A stretch of DNA of 63,803 bases, the filler included, from Intoshia linei (Eukaryota > Animalia > Orthonectida), in assembly GCA_001642005.1 (NCBI GenBank). It is 7 parts of 7 records of this genome, joined end to end, with 100 filler letters (N's around TTAATTAATTAA, not from the genome) between each part and the next. Parts side by side here need not be neighbours in the genome. Positions count along the whole stretch, not along the records: positions 1 to 17,540 come from LWCA01000801.1; positions 17,641 to 31,906 come from LWCA01000968.1; 5 more parts are not named here. One strand, given 5' to 3'. Shown in pieces: positions 13,401-25,212 of this stretch (positions are counted from its first letter, which is position 1; each line of letters begins with the position of its first letter). The notes beneath the pieces are model-generated. The model made no database searches. It was not told the DNA's origin and was given only the letters and a program-made list of their open reading frames with translations. The position numbers and the translations under genes are program-made.

Positions 13401-15796
13401 TTATGATTGTACCTTTTTATCTCCAAAATAAAATAGTATAGCCTCACCAACATTTGTTTTGACCATAAATTGGATCGAATTTAAATATGCCATCATTTCA
13501 TTTTTGTACGGTAGTATAACGTCAACGAATGTTGTTATATTAAATTTCATTGCAGTCGAACTCTAAAAATTATTTAATATAATCTAATTTAAGGTACATT
13601 TATTAAAAATTTAAAAATTTATAATTTTCCAGCTCATAAAAAAAACTTGATACAGTTCATATATGGACGATTCCACAGATAAACGTATATGCCTATCTAA
13701 AACGGTCTATCTAAACAAGGTGTCAGAAATTTTCAGCGCGGATCACTTGAAACGAAATTACCAATTTTAAAAAATAATTTTCTACACAAAATCTGATTTG
13801 GTATTTAATTTATGAAGAAGATGCATCTGTAAATACAAAAAATAAGATATATAATAACATTTAAATTTAAAATTTTTTCCTTGATGTAATCAACTTATGT
13901 TTTGGCCATATTCCTACATTCGCAAATCCTACACATTAACAATAATATAATTCACTTATTTTAAATAGTTAATCTATCTTTTTAATGTAATATGTAATGC
14001 TTTGATATTATAATAGGCCGCAGTTCGATGAAATCACCCATATATATTAAATTACACTGGAAACTTTGTTGTGTCCATATTTTATATAATCTTCCATATC
14101 CTTTAAATTGTAGTTCAATTCATCAAAATTATTGCCCATATCATTAAGTGTATTAAAAAAATAATCATTAGTAGATGTAAAATTGTGTATAGATTCGTTC
14201 ATAGATTGAACTAAAAATTGAGAAAAGATACAAAATTTATATTAAAAAAATTACTATTAGAATTAATTTTTTTGCTTAATCTAGTAAAATTTAATTCCTT
14301 TTGATTGATTTCGACGAGGTTCTTTTTGGCCGAGCTAATATTTTTGTTTAAAAATTCAATCTTCTCTTCATTTTCTGATATAGTTCGGTATATTCCTTCG
14401 TAATCGTATTTACTTACATCTGGTAATTCATTTTCAGTGTCAATGTTACTTTTAATAATTAATATATCCGTAAGTTTAGCTTGCTGGAATGCGAGTTTAG
14501 TATTTAAACTTTCGAAGTCTCTATCAATTTCAGATACATATATATTTGTATCTAAATTTCAGACATTAATTGTGATTTAGAAATCTTCTCTACCTTCGTT
14601 AACTGAAATTTGTGCTTGTTTTATGTTGAATAATAAATCGCTTGATAATATTAATAATTTTTCGCATTTTTTTAAAGTATTCTAAATGTTAATATATTCA
14701 GATAGTTTTTAGACAGTTTTTACAAAACTTTAAAGGGGTTAAGAGTAATTTTAAAAGATTATTAAAAATGACTAGGAAAGGAATATAGATATTTATATAT
14801 ATTTAATTGGTTGGTTACGTCCAAATCTAATTTATTCTCCAATTTATTGATATTTTCCATCGTCATATTATACGCTTTTCGAATGTTATCAATAATGGTA
14901 TCATATGCTTGACTTGCTTTAACTGTATTTTTTATAGAAACTTCAGATTCATTAATATAGCTAAAATTTATTTCTACTTGTATTAATATAATTAAATTAT
15001 TTACTTTAAAGTTTTGTTTGTCTTGTAATAATAATTATCCATTATTTCATTCGAACTTGCCAAAGTTTCTTTAAGGGTAGAATAAGCATTAAGCAAATCT
15101 ATTAAAAACTTTTTTGCAATTTCATTTCGCGTGAATAATTGTTCATTTGAGTCAATTAATGTCTAATATGTATGATTATATTAAAATAATGTAATTACAT
15201 TTGATACCATATTTTTATCTTTAATAATGTCAAACGAAGTAAAAATTTCTTCAAGTTGTTTAAGAATATCACTTTGATTTTGATTCAATCCGTCATATTC
15301 TGATTCAACATTTTTTACAATATTCTAATTACACAATAATATAATATATAAAAAAATTTCATCAATTATAATTACATCTAATTCCAACAAGAATAATTCA
15401 TTGGTATAATGATTTTTTAAAAATTCATCATATTTTCTTTTAACTTTTAAAAATTCTTCTTCCATTGAACCAATCACATTCAAATTTTCTAGTGAAGAAT
15501 TTCTGCATGCATCATATTTTTTTGATATGCTTTTCACATCATATTCATATGCCTTTAGACTTGTCGAAACTAATATTATTAATTATTTTTTTATATTCAA
15601 GTATATATTAAAATAAAATAATTAATATTACGATTATTAACTTGGTTTAATTGCATGTTGACAATAATAGATTGTTTGTTAAAATTATTATTTTTTACCG
15701 ACAAGTTAATTTCATTTAAAATGCGATTATATTCATCGCTATTACTTTCGATTAATTCGACAGCTTCTTTGATGTGTAATAATTTATTTTTTGTAC
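4436..15796 (-). CDS. LAMA: Laminin alpha chain, 5'-partial (coiled coil + five laminin G domains), >25 exons
   Basis: Coiled-coil exons span 14056-15796. LG exons include FMVKTNVGEAILFYFG, FSGCIHNV, FKTLNDAGVLLYSG, YNDGKWHSV and ICDDKWH. The last exon (4436-4572) reads FSGCIRDVNIDG...GKIQLGRCPKY*, a typical laminin-alpha C-terminus. Boundaries I checked are GT-AG and keep frame. Confidence 0.9.
6785..7170 (-). repeat. Helitron-like family A fragment in a laminin intron
   Basis: The reverse complement matches the copies at 20240-20535, 35790-36100 and 48380-48640 (gaaaatcaaacgagtt..., gattttaaaatc..., ttaacacaca). Confidence 0.7.
7590..8060. repeat. Degenerate tandem array, ~115-bp unit (about 4 units)
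   Basis: Unit starts cataagattt(a/c)gtaaaatcggattt recur at ~7594, 7708, 7821 and 7939. Related units occur at 12510-12660, 30130-30320 and 47400-47730. Confidence 0.65.
8118..8323. mobile_element. pogo/Tigger-like MITE (206 bp)
   Basis: 27-bp TIR CAGTCGATTCTGTTCTAT(G/A)TGAA(C/T)ATT at both ends, with TA on both flanks. Confidence 0.9.
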
Positions 15797-16493
15797 CTGA
15801 ATGTAATTTAAAATTTATAATAATTAGTTTTTCAAAATACTTTTAAATACAGGCTAATTTCTCGTTAACAACATTTATTATAAATAATGTATATTTTGCA
15901 TAAAATGTGTACACTGTAGAACTGTGAAATGTACACTAGGGTGTCACACCCATCAGAGAATTAAGGGCGATTAGTGCGGAAATCGTGTATTATCATAATA
16001 TATAAAATAATCTAGAATGGGGTGTTGCAAAGATGCCGATTCGAGTTGTGCTCAAGGAAAAATTATACAAAAATTTTCAATTTTTTTCAATGATTGTCGT
16101 GATGTGTCGCAATTCATTGCAAATATAGTCTTATAGATTGACGTCTATAAACATTATTGCATAAATAACCAAAATTTGAACGTTGATAAAAACCACAAAA
16201 ATCGAACTAGAATCAAATTTTAAAAATTGAAATGTATAGTTAAACGTGGGTGTTGAAACCATAAAATATAAACTATGACAACTTATAACAATGTTGTTTT
16301 TGAAAAAAATAATGTTAAATTTAAATTTTTCTATACGATTTTCAAAAGGATATGTAAGATAGTGCAACCTTAAGTAAGAATTTATAGAAAGTACAAAATT
16401 ATAATGTAGTAAACTTTAGTTTACTATCTCCTTATTGATGTTATATTATCAACCTGTAACGACTTATAATAAAACTAAATCGTTTATACACAT

Positions 16494-17520
16494 TAGGGTG
16501 TCACACCCATCTAAGAATCAAGGGCAATTAGCACTAAAAGTGTGTATTTTTATAATAGAAAAACTAATTCGCAATCAAAAATATTTAACGCTATCTATTC
16601 GAGTTGCGTTTGTCATTTTAAATGTCACTGTATAAATATTATGAAGAAATTAAAACTGAACTTTATTTTAACGGAAATCGTCGTTTGAGATTTTAAACGT
16701 GGTACCGCCTTTATAATCTGTTCTTCATGTTAAGTTATACAGTTTATTTTTTTAAATATGTTTCTAGCTCAATTTTTATGCAATGCAATGCAATGAATAT
16801 GGTCAATACAGAGATTCCATAATATACCAAAATTTATTAGATATTTTTTGTTAAAATAACTTTTAAATTATTTTTCAAAAGCAATAGTTACATTTATCTT
16901 TCACAATATATTCGAGAAATTTTTTTTCATGATAAAATTCTTAATTGGACATTTTTCGATAATTATATTTAAATTTTATTCAATGCATATATGAATTGCA
17001 TATAATTTAGCAGATATGACCATTTGTTACGAAATTATTATTTATATCTGGTTGACATGTATCCCCGAAGGATTTTTTGTAAACCAACGAAAGAATTATC
17101 TCAAAGATATGATGACGACAAGGCAATTCCACAATTGAATGATTTAGTGAATCTTTGATTAACTATACGCTTCCACTTTTAAATCCTGTATTAGATGCAG
17201 TTGTGTCAAAGCATAAACCTACAACTTTATGACTTACGTTCCATTCTTGTAAAATTTTGCACACTGATGCAGCTGTGGTACATCCTTTTGCACCTAATTG
17301 TTTCAGTACACCTAAAACAATTTCTTTGGCTGTTTCGGTGTCAATTGCCACCACTGCAATTCTTTCGTCGGTTCCGAATTTTTTGCTATCAAAATATATA
17401 ACAAATTTAACAATTTGTTAACTAAACTCCGAATAGTTTTCATGTCTTTCATTCTAACCAAAATTCTGTTCATTTTATTGGTTTCCTGAGATGTACCCTA
17501 AATTAATATATACTTTAATA
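16494..17520 (-). mobile_element. hAT-related (hATm-like) transposon remnant
   Basis: The minus strand at 17040-17400 encodes LQEWNVSHKVVGLCFDTTASNTG...LPCRHHIFEIIL with a stop. The end TAGGGTGTCACAC at 16494 recurs at ~15937, 35630 and 43483. The hATm assignment is from recalled motifs. Confidence 0.65.
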
Positions 17521-17540
17521 ATAATACATGTAATTTAATT

Positions 17541-17640
17541 NNNNNNNNNNNNNNNNNNNNNNNNNNNNNNNNNNNNNNNNNNNNTTAATTAATTAANNNN
17601 NNNNNNNNNNNNNNNNNNNNNNNNNNNNNNNNNNNNNNNN
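17541..17640. other. Assembly gap spacer N44-TTAATTAATTAA-N44 (also 31907-32006, 43584-43683, 52315-52414, 56502-56601, 58590-58689)
   Basis: Identical 100-nt spacer with an all-frame stop linker. It is artificial, so the true gap sizes are unknown. Confidence 0.97.
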
Positions 17641-17706
17641 TCAGGATTGAAAAATCGTCATTAAATCAGACGGCACTTCCAAATTCTCATCACAAATGTA
17701 AATATT

Positions 17707-18318
17707 TCAAAATGTACCCTAAACACGACAAACCAAAAAATTCCAAAAATTATGTAAATAAATATATTTACTTATGAAAATAAATTAAAAATACCTTTTT
17801 TTTGGCGGTTTGAACAATAAACCTATCGTAATCCCCCATCATAGTTTTCTAATTATTTCAATATAATAAAAAAAAAAACTAATACCGTTCGATCAGAAAT
17901 AATCTGTTTACCCCATTTAGTTTCATAAAATTGTTGAGAAATTTTTTGTTCGTTAAATTTATTTTGAACATCTTGTTTACTGGAAGTATAACCGATACCT
18001 GTTACAACATGTTTTGTTAAATGCAAAATTCGCAACTTCAATTTGATACGATTCAATTTAGTCAAAGTACTAACATCAGCCAAAACCTAATTAATCAATA
18101 TTAAGATAAATAAAATTAAAACACAACAGCATAATTTTTATGAATTAAATTAAAAATAACCGTATTTTCGTCTATAATATTGATAATAGTGCATAAATTT
18201 CCGATATATTTTCCTTCAGAGATATAGCATACTCTGCCAATTTGAACAAATTTAATTTGCTAAATTTTATTTTATTTTAAATACAATACTCGTTTAATAT
18301 AATTAAATATCTTACCAT
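17707..18318 (-). CDS. RPL14: 60S ribosomal protein L14 (eL14), divergent
   Basis: Exons: 18318-18316 (ATG), 18259-18161 (QIKFVQIGRVCYISEGKYIGNLCTIINIIDENT), 18086-17886 (VLAD...LHLTKH...TKWGKQI), 17848-17795 (KTMMGDYDRF), and a tentative last exon 17718-17707 (GTF*). Matches the eL14 pattern FVEVGRV...IVDVIDQNRALVD...W.KKI...MTDFDRF. Confidence 0.88.
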
Positions 18319-18500
18319 CACGAGATTTAGGGTCGATAATAGAATTTTACTATAACAAAATATTTTACAATAAATTAATTTTCATTTTTATTTCACCAAC
18401 TTTATTTATTTTGATACACTATTTTTATTTTCATAGTTTCATTATACATTTTAATTTTTTTAATATTAACAATTGTAAATAAATTTTTAAAGTTGCAAAT

Positions 18501-19243
18501 ATGAAAATAATACCAGATGATGATTTTATTACGTTTCTATCCAAAAATAATGCATTAAAACCTGATCCAGATGCAAATTTTAGGTTTGTATGTTTTGTTA
18601 ATATTTAAATTTCTATTTTAAATTTGTAACATTTTAGATTGGCTCATTTCAGCATTAAAATGATTAAAAAGCAAAAAAAAATTTATAAGAAGTTGGATTT
18701 AGAGTCTACGTATATTTTTATGTCGATTTTTTTTATTCTTTTAATTTTTAGAGCGGAATTGACTATACCAGAATCCTTGAGAAATTATGAAAATGTTAGG
18801 TATTTTTTGTAAAATTTATATGAAAATTTGTTCATATCATGGATTTAAAGTTCAAATTTTGAACATTACATGTATTGTTTTAAAATTTTAATACATTCAT
18901 AATCTAGAGAGGCAATGGGAGACGATTATGAAATGATACGTGTAATTGAACGAAAAACCTTGTATCATTTGCAGTTGGTTTTAAATTTAATTTTTGATGG
19001 TTACAATTTCGTCAAATATTCTGGAAAAAATTTTTCTCGTCAACCTTATTTTGAAGTTTGTACTTTAACTTATTTTCTATTGTAAAAAATTTATATTTAA
19101 TCAATTATATTTTACAGAATGTAAAAAGCAAAATCGAGCAATTTACATCTCTTCGGTTTGGACAAAACCATGTTGACTATGTAACACTTTGGAGTCTGAT
19201 TGACAGAAAAATTGATATTGATAATGCTGAAATATATTCGTAA
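18501..19243 (+). CDS. Hypothetical protein, 5 exons, ~158 aa
   Basis: Four GT-AG introns give one continuous frame: MKIIPDDDFITFLSKNNALKPDPDANFR|LAHFSIK...LEST|AELTIPE...NVR|EAMGDDYEMIR...PYFE|NVKSK...AEIYS*. No family recognised. Confidence 0.75.
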
Positions 19244-20097
19244 ATTTATTATATTAATCGGAATCTTGATCTGAAACAAAGTTCGTGACTTACTTTGTGT
19301 TTATCAACTTTTGCCATTTTTTAACCGGTCCGTCATTTGAAAAGGGCAATTTTTGAAAAATAGTCAGAATCACTAGTATACAGTAATATAATTTTATACA
19401 GCTGAATGTGTAGCAAAACTTTTTTATGCAATGGGGTCACGCGAGAGAAGGTTATGAAACCCTAGTTTAATTAATAGATTTAGTAGTTCTTTGCTCATGT
19501 AAAATTGAAAATCTGTGCATGTTACCGTATATTTAAAAAAAGTAACAGTCGTAGAAGTAAAAAAACCCAATTACTAATATAGTTTTTCGCAAGTGATGTT
19601 TATATCGATGTTTATTTTTCTGAAATTAAATTATTCAGGGTCAAAGACCTAATTTCCCAAATTTTTAAAAATAAAATCATTCATAAAATGTAATAAAACA
19701 TACATTCTGGGACGCATTTTTAAATCTTTAACATTGTTGTAAATCTCAGCCTCAGCAACGTGTTTTCATGGTCAAATATCTAATTAACATTTTCTAGAGA
19801 TTATTTCATTTACATCTATATTTGGATACAAGTGGTCTGTAGTACTTTTTCATTTCAAAAAGTGAGCCAATTGCTGTCAAAAGTTACTGAACCCATGTGT
19901 GTATTGTAAAAACATTAACCTTTTCAGATATTATCTACGAGATTAATTTCTGTAACCGACCATGAGCATAGCTGGTATAGTCTATGGAGTCCTGATTATT
20001 CGAAAATTTTAAAAACCGGTTATCAAATAATTCGGTTATTTGAACAACGATTATCCTATTAATTGGAATTTAAAATTTTTAACATAAAAACCAATAA

Positions 20098-20600
20098 TCT
20101 TTACTTATATGTATATATAATATGCTACGCGGTCTTTGTGTGTGTGTTTCACTTTATTGAAATAACTACCAGTCTTATAATTTTATAAAATCCACAATTA
20201 CAATTATTTCAATTAGTATGTATGTTAATAATAGTCTGTTTTAATTACAGTTTTTTCCGGGACATATAATAAGATAAATTTCAACCTCCCAAACTCATCT
20301 TACGGGTAAAAACCCCAATTGTTCTGCTTTTTGAAAATCAAACGAGTTGGAGAATTTAAAAAAATATATACGCTTATACGGATTTTAAAATCGTAAACAT
20401 TATTATAAATTTAAATTTAAAAAAATTATATCTTCAGGACCAAAACCACAAATTAACCTTCTTTTTTTAATGAAAACAGCCCTAGAATTTCAAAAAATTT
20501 ACAGGTTTTACAGTTATATTTTGTTAACACAGACAAAAAACTTCAATCCAAATAAGTGATTACTTCATGGTCAAAAAAGTATTTTAGTATTCATATATAA
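20098..20600 (+). mobile_element. Non-autonomous Helitron-like family A, 5' portion
   Basis: Starts TCTTTACTTATA, followed by a TG run and aataactaccagtc. Colinear with the 35703 and 48282 copies. Confidence 0.7.
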
Positions 20601-21029
20601 ATTTTTGAAAATCCGATTATTCGAAATATATATTTCGATTATTTCTCTCCGATTATTGTAAGCGATTAATTGGATATCATTTCCTAGTATAGTCCTATCT
20701 AACGTTAGTTGTCTAATTTGGAAATGTTTATTTTCGCACTTTACTCATGCGCCATGTGGTTACACGCTTAAGTGTAGATACATTTAATTATTTTTTAGGT
20801 TTAAATGTGTGGAGGAATCGAGAAAAAGTGACCCTTTTGCCCAACCGGGCATTCAATGGGGATTTGCATATTTTTTTTACAATAGAGTTCTCAAAAATAT
20901 TATATATATGGGGATTCAAAAGTAATATTTGTTAATAGTATACTTTTTAATTTTAAAGTACTAATCCAGCGGCTCCCAATTACAGGTCCAGAGTTACCAT
21001 CGATTCTTATAAAAAGTGATCCATTAGAT

Positions 21030-21256
21030 CAGGGGCGCACAACCTTTCCACCAAGTCAGCCACAAAGCTACATTACTAATTGATACGGCCGCAAAATTTA
21101 ATTTGACATTGAGACATAGTTTGATAAACCCTTTTGAGAAAGTGGTAAAAGTAAAAAATGTAACTTTGATATAAAAATTTCCCTTGAATTTAAAGTAAAA
21201 TTATATATTGCATTATGATGACATGGATTGCCCACGGCCGCAGGTTATGTGCCCTG
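21030..21256. mobile_element. hAT MITE (227 bp)
   Basis: TIR CAGGGGCGCACAACCT / AGGTTATGTGCCCTG, with a perfect 8-bp TSD CATTAGAT. Confidence 0.9.
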
Positions 21257-21406
21257 CATTAGATTAACCGGCTTGTTAATTTAACCATCCAGTTTTAGCG
21301 ATTGTTTATCTACCAATTATAACATTTAGCCGCAAACCGGTCGAATTGATGAACGAAGAAGAAAGAAACGTTTACAATGTATAATTTATAAGGTACACTG
21401 AATTTT

Positions 21407-21751
21407 TTATAAATTTATTAAATTTCTGTTAAAAGATAATACAACATATACAGACAAATAAACAAGGGGATATGTAACTGCATACGCCGTTGTGTTGACA
21501 TTGTCAAAAGCAGAACAAACAGTAGAAAATAATGCACCTACATATTTTATATTTTAATGTCAGCATTCTAAATTACATGAAATTAAACTATATGTCAATA
21601 GATGGATGAGACCACCTATCACTATTATACCGGCTACAAATATAGCATTTTTCCAATTTTCCTTGTTTGCCATATATCCGATTATAGCTGCAATTGAATT
21701 TATCACCAACATTCCAAGTGTCATTGTAATGTAACATTTCGAAAACGTCAT
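21407..21751 (-). CDS. Hypothetical small multi-pass membrane protein
   Basis: MTFSKCYITMTLGMLVINSIAAIIGY...AIFVAGIIVIGGLIHLLTYSLIS, then a ~39-nt GT-AG intron, then CALFSTVCSAFDNVNTTAYAVTYPLVY. About 3 hydrophobic segments; the 3' end is ambiguous (an alternative exon runs to ~21288). Confidence 0.5.
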
Positions 21752-22324
21752 TTAAAATTAAAATTCAAAGTTGAAAATTATTCTCAATTTAATTTAAATT
21801 TTTCTTTATTTACAATTCATTTAATTTTTTTGCTTAAATTGGTAATGAAAATTAATTTGACGTGTTTGCTAAAATTGTAAAGTTTATGTTCGCAAGATAT
21901 TAGGTAAATACGATAGTAATAAATGAATACAACATCATGTGTCTTGTGAATGTCTTATAAAATGTTTTGTTATTTTATTTAACATATTTATATAATATAC
22001 ACATTTATGGCAAAAACTTACGTTCAAACGTTTCATCAGAATGGTATACATTTTTAATAGGACATGCAGTTTTTAAATTATGTGGAATAAATCAAAGTTT
22101 ATCAATATATGTTGGAAGCATAACCAGGGCCGTAGAGAGGGGCATATGGCCTGGGACTACGTTTTAATTTATTAATAAATAATGTTGAAAAATTTCGATA
22201 TCCGATGCGATTTCCAAGTTTATTTTAATTTTTAGGTAATGCACGATCGATTAAGCAATGGTCCCATATTAAAAAAAATTATAGGGTCTACAATTATTAT
22301 CTACTGCTGGCTCTCCACGTCCTC

Positions 22325-22560
22325 ACACACATAAGTACGTTGATAAGAAAGGTGGCAGAATTGTAATAACTTTCTCCGAGTGTAGGGTATGAATTACACA
22401 TCTTTGACCAACATTTTCTTATTGATTCTTCAGCATATGCATTCTTCGCACATGAATCATTAATTTATTTTTTAATGGGTTAATTTTTGAATTTTGAATT
22501 TCCTCCTTCAAATACTAAAAATTCCCTTTAATGTGGTTTCACTGTTTATCATTAGCAACA
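22325..22560 (-). pseudogene. hAT (Buster-type) transposase C-terminal remnant
   Basis: The minus strand reads KCWSKMCNSYPTLG / KVITILPPFLSTYLC, matching W...YP.L....IL.PF.STYLCE with a frameshift. Confidence 0.55.
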
Positions 22561-23624
22561 ATTTTATGTGTTAGATTTAAAATTTCAAGTCAGAAACCTT
22601 GAAGAAGTGGCAAGATCTATATAACAACGCATCGTTTGCGATTTTTTTCAGGGGCCTATTTTTATTTTCGGTGGTTCGAACTTAGTAGATTCGGATTTGA
22701 TTGTGACCCACATTGCTAAATCCTTAGATAAATAACAACCAGGAATGTACAAAAGATTTACTTATATACGTTTATGTCAATCTTTTGAGTTGAGGTAGTT
22801 ATTAATACTATAAATCACATAATTATGATGATTGATTATACTCAAATTGATTTTTATTTTGCATGTCTTGATCCTTGTTTATTTGTCCTTAAATTTATGG
22901 CGATAAGGAAGATTGTCAGATTTTAAAGAGAATACTACATTTAATTTATATAATACGATTAAAAAACTTTTTTAAGTGTTTATACGGATTGTATATTGTA
23001 AATTTAGGTGTCCATTGTTCTTTTTCGGTAAACCAGTTTTATATAAATCGTAACAGGATAATGTAAGTTGTAAGGGAACATTTTTAAGGTATATTTATAT
23101 TTTGTGACGTGAAATTTCTCAAAAATACGGACCACCCTATACTTTGAATTGTATTATAATAAGAATATATAGTGTACGTTTTGAGTTGTAAGTTATAGGT
23201 CAATTATAATCAATACGTACGTTTCGACTATTGCTACTTTACTGCGCAAAAAATTAAATTAAATGGATGAATACAAAAGTATTATTTTTACTAAATACCT
23301 TAAAGTGTTTAAAACTATGTTTAAACTTAAAATTGATTTTCTATAATTGTGAGTCAGTATCATAATATTTTCAGACAGTCAATGAACTGATGTCAATTTT
23401 TATTTTAAATTTTTTGTTACAATGAATTGTAAATTATTGCATTATCAGTGTTAATAAGTGAGGTAAATATTCACAATATCATTAATACTAATGATTCATT
23501 AGTATTTTAGTAATCCTAGAGATAAGTGGGCACTGATAACAGCAGTTGAATTTGAATTTAGTAATTTTTATTGCACATTATAAAATCTAATTTGATTACA
23601 CTGCATTTAGGATTAGTGAAAAAA

Positions 23625-25075
23625 ATGCATAATTTGCCACTGGTTGGACTAGATATTGGAGGAACCTTAGTAAAGTTAGCTTACTTGGATATATATAATC
23701 TGGATTCCTCTGATCCAAAACTAGTCAAACTTTCCAACGACATTCATCATTTTGTCAAAAACCCGAGAACGTATGGTAAAACCGGAGTATTTGACAATTA
23801 CCTAACGATTGAAAATGTTGAATTGAACGGATACAAAGGATCTCTGAAATTTATTAGATTTCCGTCTTCAGACATGCCGCTTTTCATCAAAATTTGTGGA
23901 CAAAGGCATTTTAGTACATTTTTAGAAACTATTCATGTTACTGGGGGTGGAGCTTTTAAATACAATAATGAAATGGAACAGGTTAACATTTTTCAATATT
24001 TTGGGTAATATCTTGTAGATTGCTTCTTGTTCTTTATCTAAACATGACGAATTTAAATCTCTTATATCGGGATTAGAGTATATTAAAATTGTTAACCCTC
24101 TCAATGAAATGTATTATCTCAATAAATCTTATGAATCTTGTAATTGGAGTATGGAAGATTTGTATCCTTACTTAGTAAATAATGATTTTCATTTCAAAGT
24201 TTTTTTTAGATTATTAATATTGGGACCGGTGTAAGTGTAATTCATGTGATTAGTCGCAATCAGTTTGAACGAGTTACTGGTACAAGGTATGATTAATTGC
24301 ATTGATTCCTCTTTTGACAAACATCAGTTTTAATTTTTTTCAATGTGGTCCTGGAGCTATAATTTCAAATGCGTCGCTTTCGAAATAGGGTGACCTAATT
24401 TTACTGTTATGTAGGTATGGGTGGATAATTTAAACTGTTATGTTAATTAGTAAAATAAATCGACATTTTAGCATTGGAGGTGGAACTTTTACATCACTAT
24501 GTAATTTACTTACTGGGTCTAAGGGATTTGATCAAGCCATGCAGTTGGCTGAAACAGGAGAATCACAGAATGTAGACCTCCTTGTGTCTGATATTTATGG
24601 AGGAAATTACGATTTATTTAATTTACCCGGAGATGTTGTAGCTTCAAGGTAATTAAATTGATCAGTTTTAAAAACTGGCACGCTATATAATATACATTAA
24701 ATTTAGTTTTGCTAAATTGAAAGATAAGTCGCATGCATCCAAAAATGACATTGCTAATGGACTGTTAACCATGATTGCTAATAATATAGGATCAATAGCC
24801 CTGATGTGTGCCTTTACTAAGGTAGATTTATTAATTTCATTTTTATATATAAATGTAGCAATGCAATAATATATTATTTTGCGGAAATTTTTTGAGAGAA
24901 AATAACATTGCTAAAGAAAAATTAAGTTACGCAATGGATTATTGGTCCAAGGGCGAAAAACGTGCTTATTTTGCTCAGCATAATGTACGTTGCTGTTTTT
25001 ATCATTCTAAATATTTAAATATTTTAGGGATATTTTGGAGCTATAGGATCCATGGTACTCTCACTTACACAGTAA
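23625..25075 (+). CDS. PANK: Type II pantothenate kinase, 7 coding exons
   Basis: Motifs GLDIGGTLVKL, TGGGAFKY, DEFKSLISG, YPYLIINIGTGVS, RVTGTSIGGGTF, VDLLVSDIYGG, GNFLR, YAMDYWSKG and HNGYFGAIGS. Splicing keeps frame. Confidence 0.95.
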
Positions 25076-25212
25076 ATATTTTTATCTTGTAAAGATTATA
25101 TATTAAACCTTGATTTAAGTCTTTATTATTTTTTCAATGAAATTTTTAATTATCCATTAATTAGAATGTACATTGTACAAGATAAATTGATTTTATTGGT
25201 ATAAACAGCTGA

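Noticed and set aside
17585-17596. Recurrent TTAATTAATTAA palindrome between N runs
   Set aside because: Artificial scaffolding linker, not biological.
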